A stretch of DNA of 64,000 nucleotides from Rhodothermales bacterium (GTDB lineage Bacteria > Bacteroidota > Rhodothermia > Rhodothermales > DASSAV01): assembly GCA_041690215.1 (NCBI GenBank), contig JAWLHQ010000003.1, positions 330,518-394,517 of the forward strand, given 5' to 3'. The notes beneath the pieces are model-generated. The model was not told the origin of the DNA. It saw only the letters and a list, made by a program, of their open reading frames with translations, and made no database searches. Below are positions 1 through 10,081 of this stretch, in pieces. The number at the start of each line of letters is the position of its first letter. The first letter of the stretch is position 1. The translations under genes were made by a program, and so were the position numbers.

Positions 1-979
1 GGATCTTGAAGTCCTTCCGTTGATACCACCGGTACGCCTCCATCAACTGAGCGGCCGTCACATGTTCGCTTGGATCCTTGCCGGCGTTATACTTCGTCTG
101 GATTGAATTCCAACCTTCAAATGTCGGGTAGCTCTCCCGGAGGTACTTGTTGTTTGCCCATCCGGTGTTCGTACCCACCATGGCGACTTCCGGATCAAAG
201 TAGGGACGCACGGCGAACGCATTCGCGTCGTTCGGCATGCCGTCCATGTACTTCTGAGAGGGTGGGCTGTAGCGGATGATGCCGTCAAAAAAGTACCGGT
301 CGCGGGTACCTTCCTTCGTCACGACGCTGATGAGGCCGGCACGGACATTGCCGAACTCGGCATCGAATCCGCCCGTCTGGACCTGTACTTCGTCAACTGC
401 GGTGTAGCTCACACCCGTGAAGGGAACGTTGTCACGGCCGCCCTGGGTAGAGAATCCATCGACCATGAACTGCACCTGTGAGCCACCTGCGCCACGAACG
501 GTGAGTCCGCGTTCGAAGCCTGCCTGGAGACCGACAACCTTGTCGATATCCGCTACAGGCAGGTTCTCAATCTCTTCGGCACTGATGTTTGCTACGCTGG
601 AAGACACGTCGCGCTGCACCACCGGGCGCTCGGCTTGCACGACGACCTCATCGAGGCCGACCGTCTCTTCCTGAAGCGTGAAGTTAACCTCCGTCGTCAG
701 GTCGATGTTGACACGTACGTCCGACAGCACCTGCGCCGTGTATCCAATAAAAGAAGCACGCACGCTGTAGGTACCGGGGCGTACGTTCAGGATGTTATAG
801 TAACCGTCCACGTCGGTAATGGCACCCTGAGTGGTCCCATCGATCGCGACAGCTACTCCAGGCAATGCTTCTCCCGTCGCTGCATCAATGACCGTACCCG
901 CGATTTTGCCTGACTGGGCAAAGGCCGCTGATACGGGTAGAACGAGCGCGGCCAGGCATAGTAGCTTAGCCAGTCTCAT
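1..979 (-). CDS. TonB-dependent receptor (SusC/RagA-like), N-terminal part; 3' end lies beyond the left window edge
   Basis: Absent from the ORF track because there is no stop in the window. My own minus-strand translation from the ATG at 979..977 reads MRLAKLLCLAALVLPVSAAFAQSGKIAGTVIDAATGEALPGVAVAIDGTTQGAITDVDGYYNILNVRPGTYSVRASFIGYTAQ... This is a signal peptide plus carboxypeptidase-regulatory-like domain, followed by a plug-like segment (LDEVVVQAERP, VDEVQVQTGGFDAEFGNVRAG). The frame stays open to position 1. Confidence 0.8.
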   Translation of the reverse strand, partial: MRLAKLLCLAALVLPVSAAFAQSGKIAGTVIDAATGEALPGVAVAIDGTTQGAITDVDGYYNILNVRPGTYSVRASFIGYTAQVLSDVRVNIDLTTEVNFTLQEETVGLDEVVVQAERPVVQRDVSSSVANISAEEIENLPVADIDKVVGLQAGFERGLTVRGAGGSQVQFMVDGFSTQGGRDNVPFTGVSYTAVDEVQVQTGGFDAEFGNVRAGLISVVTKEGTRDRYFFDGIIRYSPPSQKYMDGMPNDANAFAVRPYFDPEVAMVGTNTGWANNKYLRESYPTFEGWNSIQTKYNAGKDPSEHVTAAQLMEAYRWYQRKDFKI

Positions 980-1593
980 GTTAGGCCCTCCTGTTCTTGA
1001 TGTTGAATTCCTCTCCGCGAGAGGTAACTCGATCTATGGATAGTCTCACCGGAAAGCGCCTTGTCCGAAAGCGCTTCCAGTAATCAGAACATCCAAGGGC
1101 AAAAACACTCGAACGCAACCCTCAAAGAGGGTGACTACAGACGAACTACCTATATGAGGCCCATTTTCTGGGCAGGAGGGAATAGAACAACGAGGGCTAG
1201 AGGGCAAACATCCCCTCTATGCGTGGCAGGTGGGATCACGAAACGACTACGAACGCACCGAACAGGCTGCGCTCAAGGGTGAATATCACGGTCCCGCTGT
1301 AGATCGTCAAGGTATTTATTTATCACCTATTCACAAAACAGCCCGGACAGCAACAAACAGGAAGTGACAGAGTCGCTTCCTGCATGCTCTATTTATAGTA
1401 CGCCAGCGCCAGCATTCTTAGCAAGATCCCTTCTACGTAGAAAGTGAGGTGGCGCCTGCACCGGGATGGCGTGATGTGGCCTAAGCCATACACGCCGAGG
1501 AATTTCGATACAGATGCTGAGATGGCGGGCGCAGCCGCGCATTTCGCTCCGGCTGTGAATTGGCATATGGGTAGATCCACGTATGCCCGGATA

Positions 1594-2406
1594 TCATCCA
1601 GGTTGGCGGGCGTCTGCCATCCCCGCCGCCCATTCGATCCCGCCTAGAATGTGCCGCAGAAAAAGTGGTTCGGAGTAAGATTCCGACGTATGACCGAGCC
1701 CTGTATACCAGGCCCTCCCACCGGCAAATTCATGCGCCCAGGCAATAGGGTGGTCCTGCCCCATCTTTCCACCCTCGTAGGTTTGCTCATCCAGCGTCAT
1801 CAAGACGTGCACATGATCTCGCGGGTTTGAGCGGTAGTTGTACCACTCGTCGAAACGTTCCCAACGCGTAGGCAGGTGCGCCGTCGAGGGATGCATCCGG
1901 TCCACAACATCTAGGATAGCCTGCTGCGGTCTGGGATGCTCGTCGAACCACGCTCCTACGATTTCGCCATAGAAAGGCCAATCGTACTCCCCCGCTGCTG
2001 CCCCGTGAATACCTACGAATCCGCCTCCACCCCGGATGTATGCTTCGAACGCTGCCTGCTCCGCGTCATTGAGGAAATCGCCGCTGGTACTGAGGAACAC
2101 CAGCACCTCGTACTTCCCCAGGCTGTCTGAAAGAAAGATCCTCGAATCCTCCGTCGCATCAACCGTAAACCCGTTCTCGTATCCGAGGCGCCGAATGGCA
2201 CGAATACCGTCCGGGATCGAGTCATGCCGGAATTTCGCGGTCTTGGAAAAGACGAGCACGTCGTAGCGAGGAGACGTTGTCACCGGGACAGCCTGCTCCT
2301 CTGGGCCAACCTCAGAACGCGAACTCGAGCAAGCAGCGATGCTCAGCAGCACCGCGCACAGAAGACCTTGACGAAGGCCACGAAATCTCTCGAGGTATCC
2401 ATGCAT
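1594..2406 (-). CDS. ThuA-domain lipoprotein (trehalose-utilisation-like family)
   Basis: 270 aa ORF with an ATG start. Lipobox LLSIAACSS. ThuA-type motifs VLVFSKTAKFRHDSIP, GGGFVGIHGAA, RFDEWYNYR, HPIAWAHEFAGGRAWYTGLGH. Roughly 60 percent identical (by-eye count) to the ThuA part of the neighbouring 2754..5957 gene. Confidence 0.8.
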   Translation of the reverse strand: MHGYLERFRGLRQGLLCAVLLSIAACSSSRSEVGPEEQAVPVTTSPRYDVLVFSKTAKFRHDSIPDGIRAIRRLGYENGFTVDATEDSRIFLSDSLGKYEVLVFLSTSGDFLNDAEQAAFEAYIRGGGGFVGIHGAAAGEYDWPFYGEIVGAWFDEHPRPQQAILDVVDRMHPSTAHLPTRWERFDEWYNYRSNPRDHVHVLMTLDEQTYEGGKMGQDHPIAWAHEFAGGRAWYTGLGHTSESYSEPLFLRHILGGIEWAAGMADARQPG

Positions 2407-2711
2407 TGGATCCAGGCCGCCAGATCAGTTGTGGGGAAACGATTCACCGGATTCCGCTACGATGCTTGCGAACACCCGCAAGGCAGGTTGCACATCGTAT
2501 AACTACGGGGTGGACTCGTAACGAGAGCTACTCCGGGGAAGTTAACCCGACGTACAGTCTGGTGCCAGAGCCGGAGCACACAAATGAGCAGGGCCGGGAC
2601 GGAGCGGTCAAAATCCTCCAGCATAGAACTGCATACTCCGGCTCTCTCATGCAGGACTATAGTGATCCAACGATACCTCAGGTATACACCCCGGCCTGAC
2701 GCCCTACGAGA

Positions 2712-2743
2712 AGCATCCCGGAGGCTTCTACCTCCGGGATGCT
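2712..2743 (-). terminator. Hairpin directly after the stop of the ThuA-GSDH-CBM gene
   Basis: Perfect 13-bp stem agcatcccggagg / cctccgggatgct with a 6-nt loop, 11 nt beyond the stop at 2754. No clear U-tract, so an intrinsic-terminator function is assumed rather than shown. Confidence 0.5.
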
Positions 2744-2753
2744 TTGAGTCCTG

Positions 2754-5700
2754 CTAGCGCGCGCTTTGCGGTGCATCTGCCACGATGCCTTGCCCGTTAA
2801 ACCGAATCCAATCGAGCGACATAAGCGTGCCTTCACCTGTCCCTTTGAAAACGAGATAGAGGGTCGTCGTACCGCCAGGATCAGTTACGGGAACGGTGAG
2901 GTCGGTCCATCCCTCCGGCACTTGTTCGCCTTCATTGAGGCGGTGCATCTCTTCATCATGCGTCGTTACGTCACCTGCGTCTGCTGACTCTTGTAGCTGA
3001 GCCACAGTCGTATCGACCGGCGCTACCACTACCTGCGCGAGCAAGGATCCGCTCTCGGTACCGTGGCGCACTTCGATGACGCCACCTGCTTCCGGCTTCA
3101 CGCGGAACGTAAGAGATTCTATGTTCAAAAGGTTGACGGGAGCATAAGAAACCACAGCGCCGTTCGTCACGTCGAGCACGGTTTGAGCTTGACCGGCTTC
3201 ACGTTCGTTGCTAAGCGTCCGCCGCTGTGCCCCTTCAGCCGACGTGGCGAATTCAGCCTGTTTGAGGCGCGGCTGTAGCACAATCCGCTGGCGCCCTGTC
3301 AGTGCGGGCGCCCCGTTTGCTCCATCGTCCCGATAGGATGCTTCCAGCAGGACCGCCTGGTTCGTCTTGTAGCGATAGCCATCCGGGTATACGACGAAAG
3401 AGCCCTCCGGTCCGTACTTCCGCTGCAATTCCATCTCGTGCGTGTCCCGCCCCAGGTATGGTTGTACCTCGATTCGTTCCGGCTGAGCAGCATCCGATTC
3501 GGCATCACGGACCGACACCTCGTACCGGATCGGCTGGCCGTAATCGAAGAAGCCACCGTGAACGGGCCAGGTGATCGCAACTTCGGGAGCCGTGTTGCCG
3601 GCCGTGACCGGAATCTCACGGACGGCGGCCAGCCCCGTTGAGCTGGTCACTGTCAGGCGAGCCATGTACTGCCCGGGCCGGGCATAGGTATACGAACCGG
3701 TAGCTGCCGTCGCGTCGATCTGCCCGTCTCCGTCGAGGTCCCACGCATAGGTCAAGCTAGCATCCTGGCTTGTCGTATCCTCTGCGGTCGCCGAGAACCG
3801 GACGTCCAGCGACCCCGCGCCGGCGGGCTGTACCTCGGCAGCGACTACCGGCGGACGATACGGTGAACCGTAATAGTCGAGCCGAACGATCTTCTGCTCG
3901 GGGCGGCCATTGCCCCAGAAATCCGGCCCCCACTCTATCACGTAGAGCCGTCCGTCCGGCCCGAGCTCCATATCCATCGGGCGGAGAAACGTCATTTCGG
4001 TAAAGAGCGGATTGATCTTGAGAATATCGCCGTTCTCGTCCAGCTTGACCTCTTTGATCCAGTTGCGCGCCCACTCATACGCAAGGAATGTGTTATCGAA
4101 GTAAGCCGGGAGCGCGTTGGGGTGCCGCCGTCCTTCGAACCTGTCATAGCGGTATACCGGCCCAGCCATGGCTGTCCGGCCCCCCGCTTCCATTTCGGGG
4201 AACTCCTCCGAGAATCCGTACGGATACCAGATAAAGGCGGGCTGGGCGGGTGGGAGTACGCGTGCACCGGTGTTGAATCGAGAGTCGTTCACCGGGTTGT
4301 TCGGATCAAAGGGTGGACCGGCAGTCTGCGTCTCGAAATCCCAGTCACGGTACGCCTTGTTGTCACCGACGAACAAGGGCCAGCCGTAGTTGCCGGGTCC
4401 CCTCGCCTGCCCGAACTCATCATGTCCCGCCGGGCCACGCTCTTCGTTGGGCGCACCGGCATCCGGACCTACATCACCCCAGTAGAGCCAGCCGGTCTGC
4501 GGATCAATCGAGATCCGGTACGGGTTGCGGTGGCCCATCGTATAGATCTCGGGACGGCCTCCCTTTCCATCCGGGAAAAGGTTGCCCTCCGGGATCGTGT
4601 AGGAGCCGTCCGGTTGCGGTCGTATCCGGAGGATCTTGCCTCGCAGGTCATTCGTGTTGGCGGACGTGCGGCGGGCGTCCCAGGGTTCGCGGCCCGGACG
4701 GTCGTCGATGGGCGCAAAACCATCGGAAGCAAAGGGGTTCGTATTGTCGCCCGTGCTCAAGAACAGGTTACCATCCGGCCCGAACGCCAGTGATCCACCC
4801 GTGTGGCAGCACTCGATGCGCTGCACCGGCACGTCGAGCATGTCCTTCTTGCTGCTCCAATCCAGCTTGTTATCGACGATCGTGAAACGTGAGAGACGGT
4901 TCACCGACTCGGCGCCTTCCGGAGAGTAGTAAAGGTACATCCATCCGTTCTCTTCGAAATTGGGGTCGAGTGTGATGCCGAGCAATCCGTCTTCAATGAC
5001 CTCGTGGACCGGAATGAACCCGACCATGCTGGTCGTGTTTGTCTCGGGATGCCAGACGCGAACCGCCCCACCACGCTCGATAAAGAACACGCGGTTATCC
5101 GGCGCAACTGCCAGTTCGATAGGGTCGGTCACATCTTCCACGAGCACGGTCTTATTGAAGCTGCCCGTCTGTGTCGCCGCTACGTCCGCCTCGACCTGAC
5201 CGGCCACCCACTCCAGCGCGCCGACCAGATGCTGGAGGAACAGCGGCTCGCTATAGCTCTCTTCCGTGTGTCCGAGGCCCGTATAAAAGGCGCGGCCGCC
5301 CCCGAAGTTATGCGCCCACGAGATCGGGTGATCGTGCCCCATCTCTCCCCCTTCGTAGCTCGTCTCGTCCAGTGTCATCAACACATGGACATTTCCGCGC
5401 GGGTTCTCCCGGTAATTGTACCACTCATCGAAGCGGGTCCACTCCTGCGGCAGGTGCTTCGTCGCCGGATGGACACGATCGGCCACCTTGATCGTGGCAT
5501 TCTGATTCTGAGGGTGGCTCTTGAAATAGCCCCCGACAAGCTGGCCGTACCAGGGCCATTCGTACTCAGTGTCTGCCGCTGCGTGTACACCGAGAAATCC
5601 GCCTCCCTGTGCGATGTACTGCTCGAACGCTCTCTCCTGAGCCGCGTTGAGGATGTCGCCCGTGGTGCTCAGGAACACGACCGCATCAAACCGACTCAGA

Positions 5701-5957
5701 TCGTTCGGATTGAAAATGGCCGCATCCTCTGTCGCCTCTACGGCAAAGTTGTGCTGATCACCCAGCTTCTTAAATGCGGCGATGCCGGTTGGGATGGAGG
5801 AGTGCCGGAAGCCGGCTGTCTTCGAAAAGACCAGAACACGATATCGGGGAGCGGCTTCCTGCCCAAGGCTCGTTTGAACGGCCAGCGATCCATTCGCAAA
5901 TACAAGGATCAGCGGCAGCACGGCCCATGTCGTGACCTTACCTGCAAACGCCTTCAT
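2754..5957 (-). CDS. Exported multidomain protein: ThuA + PQQ-type (GSDH-like) sugar dehydrogenase beta-propeller + PKD-like + C-terminal CBM6/35-like module
   Basis: The ORF track gives 2754..6125 (1123 aa). I prefer ATG 5957 (MKAFAGKVTTWAVLPLILVFANGSLAVQT, a signal peptide). ATG 5999 is also possible. The ORF-track start overlaps eboF. Domains read from the translation: ThuA (RYRVLVFSKTAGFRHSSIP ... HPISWAHNFGGGRAFYTGLGH); propeller (IECCHTGGSLAFGPDGNLFLSTGD, LRGKILRIRPQPDGSYTIPEGNLF, YTMGHRNPYRISIDP, NYGWP); PKD-like (YAWDLDGDGQIDATAATGSYTYARPGQYMARLTVT); CBM-like end (TLYLVFKGTGEGTLMSLDWIRFNG). Confidence 0.8.
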   Translation of the reverse strand: MKAFAGKVTTWAVLPLILVFANGSLAVQTSLGQEAAPRYRVLVFSKTAGFRHSSIPTGIAAFKKLGDQHNFAVEATEDAAIFNPNDLSRFDAVVFLSTTGDILNAAQERAFEQYIAQGGGFLGVHAAADTEYEWPWYGQLVGGYFKSHPQNQNATIKVADRVHPATKHLPQEWTRFDEWYNYRENPRGNVHVLMTLDETSYEGGEMGHDHPISWAHNFGGGRAFYTGLGHTEESYSEPLFLQHLVGALEWVAGQVEADVAATQTGSFNKTVLVEDVTDPIELAVAPDNRVFFIERGGAVRVWHPETNTTSMVGFIPVHEVIEDGLLGITLDPNFEENGWMYLYYSPEGAESVNRLSRFTIVDNKLDWSSKKDMLDVPVQRIECCHTGGSLAFGPDGNLFLSTGDNTNPFASDGFAPIDDRPGREPWDARRTSANTNDLRGKILRIRPQPDGSYTIPEGNLFPDGKGGRPEIYTMGHRNPYRISIDPQTGWLYWGDVGPDAGAPNEERGPAGHDEFGQARGPGNYGWPLFVGDNKAYRDWDFETQTAGPPFDPNNPVNDSRFNTGARVLPPAQPAFIWYPYGFSEEFPEMEAGGRTAMAGPVYRYDRFEGRRHPNALPAYFDNTFLAYEWARNWIKEVKLDENGDILKINPLFTEMTFLRPMDMELGPDGRLYVIEWGPDFWGNGRPEQKIVRLDYYGSPYRPPVVAAEVQPAGAGSLDVRFSATAEDTTSQDASLTYAWDLDGDGQIDATAATGSYTYARPGQYMARLTVTSSTGLAAVREIPVTAGNTAPEVAITWPVHGGFFDYGQPIRYEVSVRDAESDAAQPERIEVQPYLGRDTHEMELQRKYGPEGSFVVYPDGYRYKTNQAVLLEASYRDDGANGAPALTGRQRIVLQPRLKQAEFATSAEGAQRRTLSNEREAGQAQTVLDVTNGAVVSYAPVNLLNIESLTFRVKPEAGGVIEVRHGTESGSLLAQVVVAPVDTTVAQLQESADAGDVTTHDEEMHRLNEGEQVPEGWTDLTVPVTDPGGTTTLYLVFKGTGEGTLMSLDWIRFNGQGIVADAPQSAR

Positions 5958-6076
5958 ACGATAGAGGAGTGAGTATGGGGTGATGGCAAATCGTGGCATT
6001 GTGTCTAGCAAAGCGCTTTCAGAACACCCAGGCACCTTGCCTAGAACACGGTGAGGGAAGATACACATTCCCCGCC

Positions 6077-7465
6077 TTATGCACGCGACGGTGCGCCCAG
6101 AAGATGAGAAAGGATTGCGCCGCACACGTCGGTAGGCATCAACCGCTCTTTTTCGAGCAACTCCGTCTGACGTGTAATAAAGAGCGGACCGTCTTTCTCC
6201 ATATCCGGCAACCGGCCATGCGAGCCGCGAACCAGTTCTCCGTTTAGCGGAATGACATCCAGAAGGTATCGGAATCCCAGCTTCTTCTGCAGCAGGCGCA
6301 GCCCTGCTTTCAACTTCGGGGCCCGGAGGTTGGGGTCGATGAACAGCTCCGCCGGATCGTAACCGGGCTTTCGGTGAATATCCACCGTCGGCGCGAAGTC
6401 GGGGGCCCGGGCATCGTCCAACCAGTAGTAATAGGTAAACCAGGCATCCGGCTCGGCGATGGCGACCAGTTCACCGGCCCGGGGATGATCCAGCCCATAA
6501 GCCCGCTTCCCCTCTTCATCCAGTACCTGTTCTACGCCAGGCACGGACGCGATGAGTTCCCGCACGGCCTGAAGCTGACCGGGATCGTTCACGTACACAT
6601 GCGCGACCTGGTGATCCGCCAGGGTGAATGCCCGGCTCGCTCCAGCGTCGAGCAACTCCCGTCCCAACTCTTCCCTCACGGCAATGTATCCGTGCTCGCG
6701 CAGCACCCGATTCAGCGAGACGGGCCGGGAGACGGGCGTGATGCCGTATTCGGAGAGCACGATTACCTGTGCGCCCCGGCTCTCGTAGAACGTGATCAGT
6801 TCCTCACAGACGGCATCTATATCCCGCAGGTCCTGCTCGACACGCGCATCATGGGGACCGTAGCGCTGGAATCCGTAATCCAGATGTGGAAGGTAGATCA
6901 GAGTCAGTGTCGGGTTGTACTCCTCATCGACCATCATGGAAGCATTCGCGATCCAGCGTGAAACGTCAATAGAGGTACCTGGCCCCCAGTACTTGAACAA
7001 GGGGAATTGCCCGAGCCGCTCCTGAACCCGGGGACGCAGATCTGCCGGATGCGTGTAGATATCAGGTAGTTTGCGCCCGTCAGCCGGGTACATCGGCCGA
7101 GGCGTCATGGAGTAATCGACGCTGGAGTACATGTTGTACCACCAGAACATGTTGGCGCACGTGAACGTGGGGTCCAGCTCTCGCGCATGCTCCCAGATCT
7201 TGGGTGCCTGTACCAGCTTGTTCGACTGCCGCCACAGCTTGACTTCGCACTCGTCCCGGAAGTACCACCCGTTACCTACGATCCCGTGCTCCGATGGCAT
7301 CACGCCCGTCATGTATGTCGCCTGGGCTGAGCACGTCACAGCCGGGAGCACACCACCTACCGGCGTGGTCTTTCCCTGCCCTGCCCATTTCGTCAGAAAC
7401 GGTGTATGCGCTCCCAACAACCCGGGCGTCAACCCCACAACATTCAACACGACCGTCTTTTTCAT
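6077..7465 (-). CDS. eboF: EboF: alkaline phosphatase / nucleotide pyrophosphatase superfamily protein
   Basis: 462 aa with an ATG start. Motifs VVGLTPGLL, LPAVTCSAQATYMTG (nucleophile-type region), IYLPHLDYGFQRYGP, RGSHGRLP. It occupies the last position of a six-gene cluster whose families and order match ebo. Confidence 0.8.
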   Translation of the reverse strand: MKKTVVLNVVGLTPGLLGAHTPFLTKWAGQGKTTPVGGVLPAVTCSAQATYMTGVMPSEHGIVGNGWYFRDECEVKLWRQSNKLVQAPKIWEHARELDPTFTCANMFWWYNMYSSVDYSMTPRPMYPADGRKLPDIYTHPADLRPRVQERLGQFPLFKYWGPGTSIDVSRWIANASMMVDEEYNPTLTLIYLPHLDYGFQRYGPHDARVEQDLRDIDAVCEELITFYESRGAQVIVLSEYGITPVSRPVSLNRVLREHGYIAVREELGRELLDAGASRAFTLADHQVAHVYVNDPGQLQAVRELIASVPGVEQVLDEEGKRAYGLDHPRAGELVAIAEPDAWFTYYYWLDDARAPDFAPTVDIHRKPGYDPAELFIDPNLRAPKLKAGLRLLQKKLGFRYLLDVIPLNGELVRGSHGRLPDMEKDGPLFITRQTELLEKERLMPTDVCGAILSHLLGAPSRA

Positions 7466-7528
7466 TCCAGACTACCTACAATCGAAATGCACAACTTACC
7501 TGATAGGAGATGGTGAGACCGGAATGTT

Positions 7529-8743
7529 TCATTGCCCTTCCTTGCCCTCTCGCATCCGCTTATCGAACTGCTCCAACACCCATTCATACTCCCTGCTGAT
7601 AGACTCCGTAATGTCTACTTTCAACTCGGGCGGCAACACATCCCACGTATAGGTTTCAATCTCGAAATGCGGGCAAATGCGTTGCGGAATCACCTCGTCC
7701 AGAGTGGCCGTAATGTCATACTGCGTCGAGCCGAGCTTGCCGTAGTGATCCACGAAGATGGGCACGTGATAATGGATACGCCACTCCTCGGCTTCTGCAT
7801 CAAGGATATTGTACACCGCCCTGGGGAGGTCGGAGTAGTGACCCAGCGTGCCATCCGGCCTGCGCTCGATGACCTGATGCAAGTACGTGTGCTCGGCAAA
7901 TGGATCGAGGAGTTCAACGACCTCGTGTCGCCCTTCCTCACTCTGAGGTATCGGAATCCTCAATGCTGAGCTGATCTGGACTTTCCCTACCTTGATTCCG
8001 TTCTCCGCGAACTGCTCGAATACGACATCTGGCTGCTCGTACTCGACGGCGAAGTGGCAAGTATCGTAGCAGACCCTGATGTGGTCCTGCAAGTCATCCA
8101 CGATCAGCATGTTGCCACTCTTGGGCAGGAGCACGTCGTTGAAAAAATGAATGGTCTCAGCCAGGTTCTCGATGAGGCAGTCCGGCTCGGGTTCGATATC
8201 GATGTGGATGAGCTTATCCGTCCGTTCCCGCAGCCGAACCAGTTCGGCCGTAACCTGCTCCAGATGAATGGCACCCAGTTCCAGCGCCTCGTGCCGCTCT
8301 CCTACCGCGAGCCATGGCTTGTAGGAGATCGGTGACGTGGAAATGCCACCTTCCATTCCCTCCGGCAATAGTTCGGCCAGGATATGGGCAAGGCGAACCG
8401 TGTAGTCCACCCGCTCCTGCGTCCGCCAGTCCGGCGCATAGACATGGTCCTTCACGATTTGCCTGTGGAAGCCGCCATACGGGAAGCCGTTCATCGTGAA
8501 GACATACATCCCGTTCGCATCGAGCCAATCTTTGAACCGGGGCAGTTCGTCACCTTCAAGGATCTCGCGCGATGCCAGATCGGAAAGCCGGAGCCCGATC
8601 CCGAACGGCTCGTCCGGTGAAAGCCGGGTCTTCAGCGCGCGGGTGTAGACGTCGAGGTTACGAAACACCTCATCCCACCGCTCACCCGGATGAATGTTGG
8701 TGCAGTACGTGAGATGGAAGAATCCGTCCGTACCGATTTGCAT
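7529..8743 (-). CDS. eboE: EboE: xylose-isomerase-like TIM-barrel protein
   Basis: The ORF track gives 7529..8818 with a GTG start. I prefer ATG 8743, which gives MQIGTDGFFHLTYCTNIHPGERW, the short N-terminus I recall for EboE proteins. The extra 25 codons are encoded by the REP-like hairpin at 8775-8807. The TIM-barrel family call rests on overall similarity as remembered and on synteny. Confidence 0.75.
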   Translation of the reverse strand: MQIGTDGFFHLTYCTNIHPGERWDEVFRNLDVYTRALKTRLSPDEPFGIGLRLSDLASREILEGDELPRFKDWLDANGMYVFTMNGFPYGGFHRQIVKDHVYAPDWRTQERVDYTVRLAHILAELLPEGMEGGISTSPISYKPWLAVGERHEALELGAIHLEQVTAELVRLRERTDKLIHIDIEPEPDCLIENLAETIHFFNDVLLPKSGNMLIVDDLQDHIRVCYDTCHFAVEYEQPDVVFEQFAENGIKVGKVQISSALRIPIPQSEEGRHEVVELLDPFAEHTYLHQVIERRPDGTLGHYSDLPRAVYNILDAEAEEWRIHYHVPIFVDHYGKLGSTQYDITATLDEVIPQRICPHFEIETYTWDVLPPELKVDITESISREYEWVLEQFDKRMREGKEGQ

Positions 8744-8774
8744 ACCTTCTCTGGCTGATGTGTCTTCAAAAAAT

Positions 8775-8807
8775 GCAATGGGGCACACCGGTGGTGTGCC
8801 CCATTGC
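8775..8807. repeat. GC-rich palindromic hairpin (REP-like) in the eboD-eboE spacer
   Basis: Perfect 15-bp stem gcaatggggcacacc / ggtgtgccccattgc with loop ggt. The core CACACCGGTGGTGTG is shared with the hairpin at 33778-33798. Confidence 0.8.
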
Positions 8808-8814
8808 GGCCATT

Positions 8815-9996
8815 TCACGCCGCGATAGAGATTTCGCTACGATCTCTCAGTATGGCGACTGCTTCGGTGTAGAGTCCGAGATCCACCTCATGCACCTCTA
8901 CACCTTTTCCGATTTGCTCCAGCAGCATGATCGTCAATTCGCCGCCGAGATGCTCCCGAAATTCCTGTAATCCCCGGAAGAGGCATCGTGGGTCATCCGG
9001 CTTGTCCAGGTGCTCTGCCATCTCGGGTGCATACAGCTTGAACCCGACGGCCTCCAGTACCGCGAGCACCCGTTCCATATCCTGCTCCGAAAGACGACCC
9101 TCGAGGTACGAATAGGTAACATCGAGCGCGATACCAATGGCGACCGCCTCGCCATGCCGGAGCTTGTAGTCCGTAAGCTGCTCCAGCTTGTGCGCTGCCC
9201 AGTGTCCGAAATCGAGCGGGCGGGAGCTACCCAGTTCGAAGGGATCACCCGACGTCGCGATGTGCTCCAGATGCAGTTCGGCGCAGCGATAGATCTGCCG
9301 TTGCATGGCCTGCATGTCGCGCTGAGCCAGAGCCGGTGCGTCCCGTTCGATCTCCGCAAAGTAACTGGCATCCTTGATGCAGGCTACCTTCACGGCTTCT
9401 GCGATGCCAGCTCGCCAGTCCCGGTCGTCCAGGGTTTCCAGGAACGAGAAATCGTTCAGCACGGCATAAGGCGTGGCAAACGTGCCCAGGAAGTTCTTCT
9501 TCCCGTACGCATTGATGCTGTTTTTTACCCCGATGGAGGCATCGTTCTGTGCCAGCACCGTCGTAGGTACCCGAATCAGGCGAATACCCCGGTGCGCCGT
9601 CGCCGCAGCATACCCCACGGCATCGATGACTGCCCCGCCACCAATAGCCACGATATAGGAGTGCCGGTCAATACCACACTCGTGTACCGCGCGGTGTATA
9701 CGTTCGATGAGGGCTGGATCGTTTTTCGCTGCCTCTCCACCCGGCAAGATGATCGGCTCGCCTGCCAGTGTCATCACGTCTTCGTGAGCCGCCGCGTAGA
9801 CCTTGACTCGATCCCAGAGATCAGGATGGTACTTCAGCACACCGCTGTCGATGGCGAACAGGAGCTTCTTCGCCTGCCCGGACTCGCCCTCCCGGACGGT
9901 ACGCGCAAGCAGCGGGTGCGATGGTTCGAACAGGCCCGTCGTGAAGTGGACCTCATACGTGAACAGCAAGGGAACGCGCTGTAGGATCGGTTTCAT
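8815..9996 (-). CDS. eboD: EboD: 3-dehydroquinate-synthase-like sugar phosphate cyclase
   Basis: 393 aa with an ATG start. DHQS-fold motifs GGGAVIDAVGYAAA, RLIRVPTTVLAQNDASIGVKNSIN, and metal-His regions HWAAHKLE and HGEAVAIG. Confidence 0.85.
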   Translation of the reverse strand: MKPILQRVPLLFTYEVHFTTGLFEPSHPLLARTVREGESGQAKKLLFAIDSGVLKYHPDLWDRVKVYAAAHEDVMTLAGEPIILPGGEAAKNDPALIERIHRAVHECGIDRHSYIVAIGGGAVIDAVGYAAATAHRGIRLIRVPTTVLAQNDASIGVKNSINAYGKKNFLGTFATPYAVLNDFSFLETLDDRDWRAGIAEAVKVACIKDASYFAEIERDAPALAQRDMQAMQRQIYRCAELHLEHIATSGDPFELGSSRPLDFGHWAAHKLEQLTDYKLRHGEAVAIGIALDVTYSYLEGRLSEQDMERVLAVLEAVGFKLYAPEMAEHLDKPDDPRCLFRGLQEFREHLGGELTIMLLEQIGKGVEVHEVDLGLYTEAVAILRDRSEISIAA

Positions 9997-10081
9997 TCCT
10001 TCTAGTTGCCGGGGGTTCTAATGTCCTGCTGATACACGGCGCCCTCACCAGTCCGTCCTTACCCCACGTACATACAAATGT

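Noticed and set aside
5004-5972. 322-aa plus-strand ORF inside the ThuA-GSDH gene
   Set aside because: It is antisense to a frame with clear ThuA motifs, and its composition is Arg/Leu-rich and spurious-looking.
8744-8818. N-terminal extension of eboE from a GTG overlapping the eboD stop (GTGA)
   Set aside because: The extra codons are encoded by a REP-like perfect palindrome of a family otherwise found in non-coding DNA, and EboE proteins, as I recall, start shortly before LTYCTNIHPGE. Translational coupling cannot be fully excluded.
9010-9984. 324-aa plus-strand ORF antisense to eboD
   Set aside because: The eboD frame has DHQS-fold motifs and the antisense frame has none.
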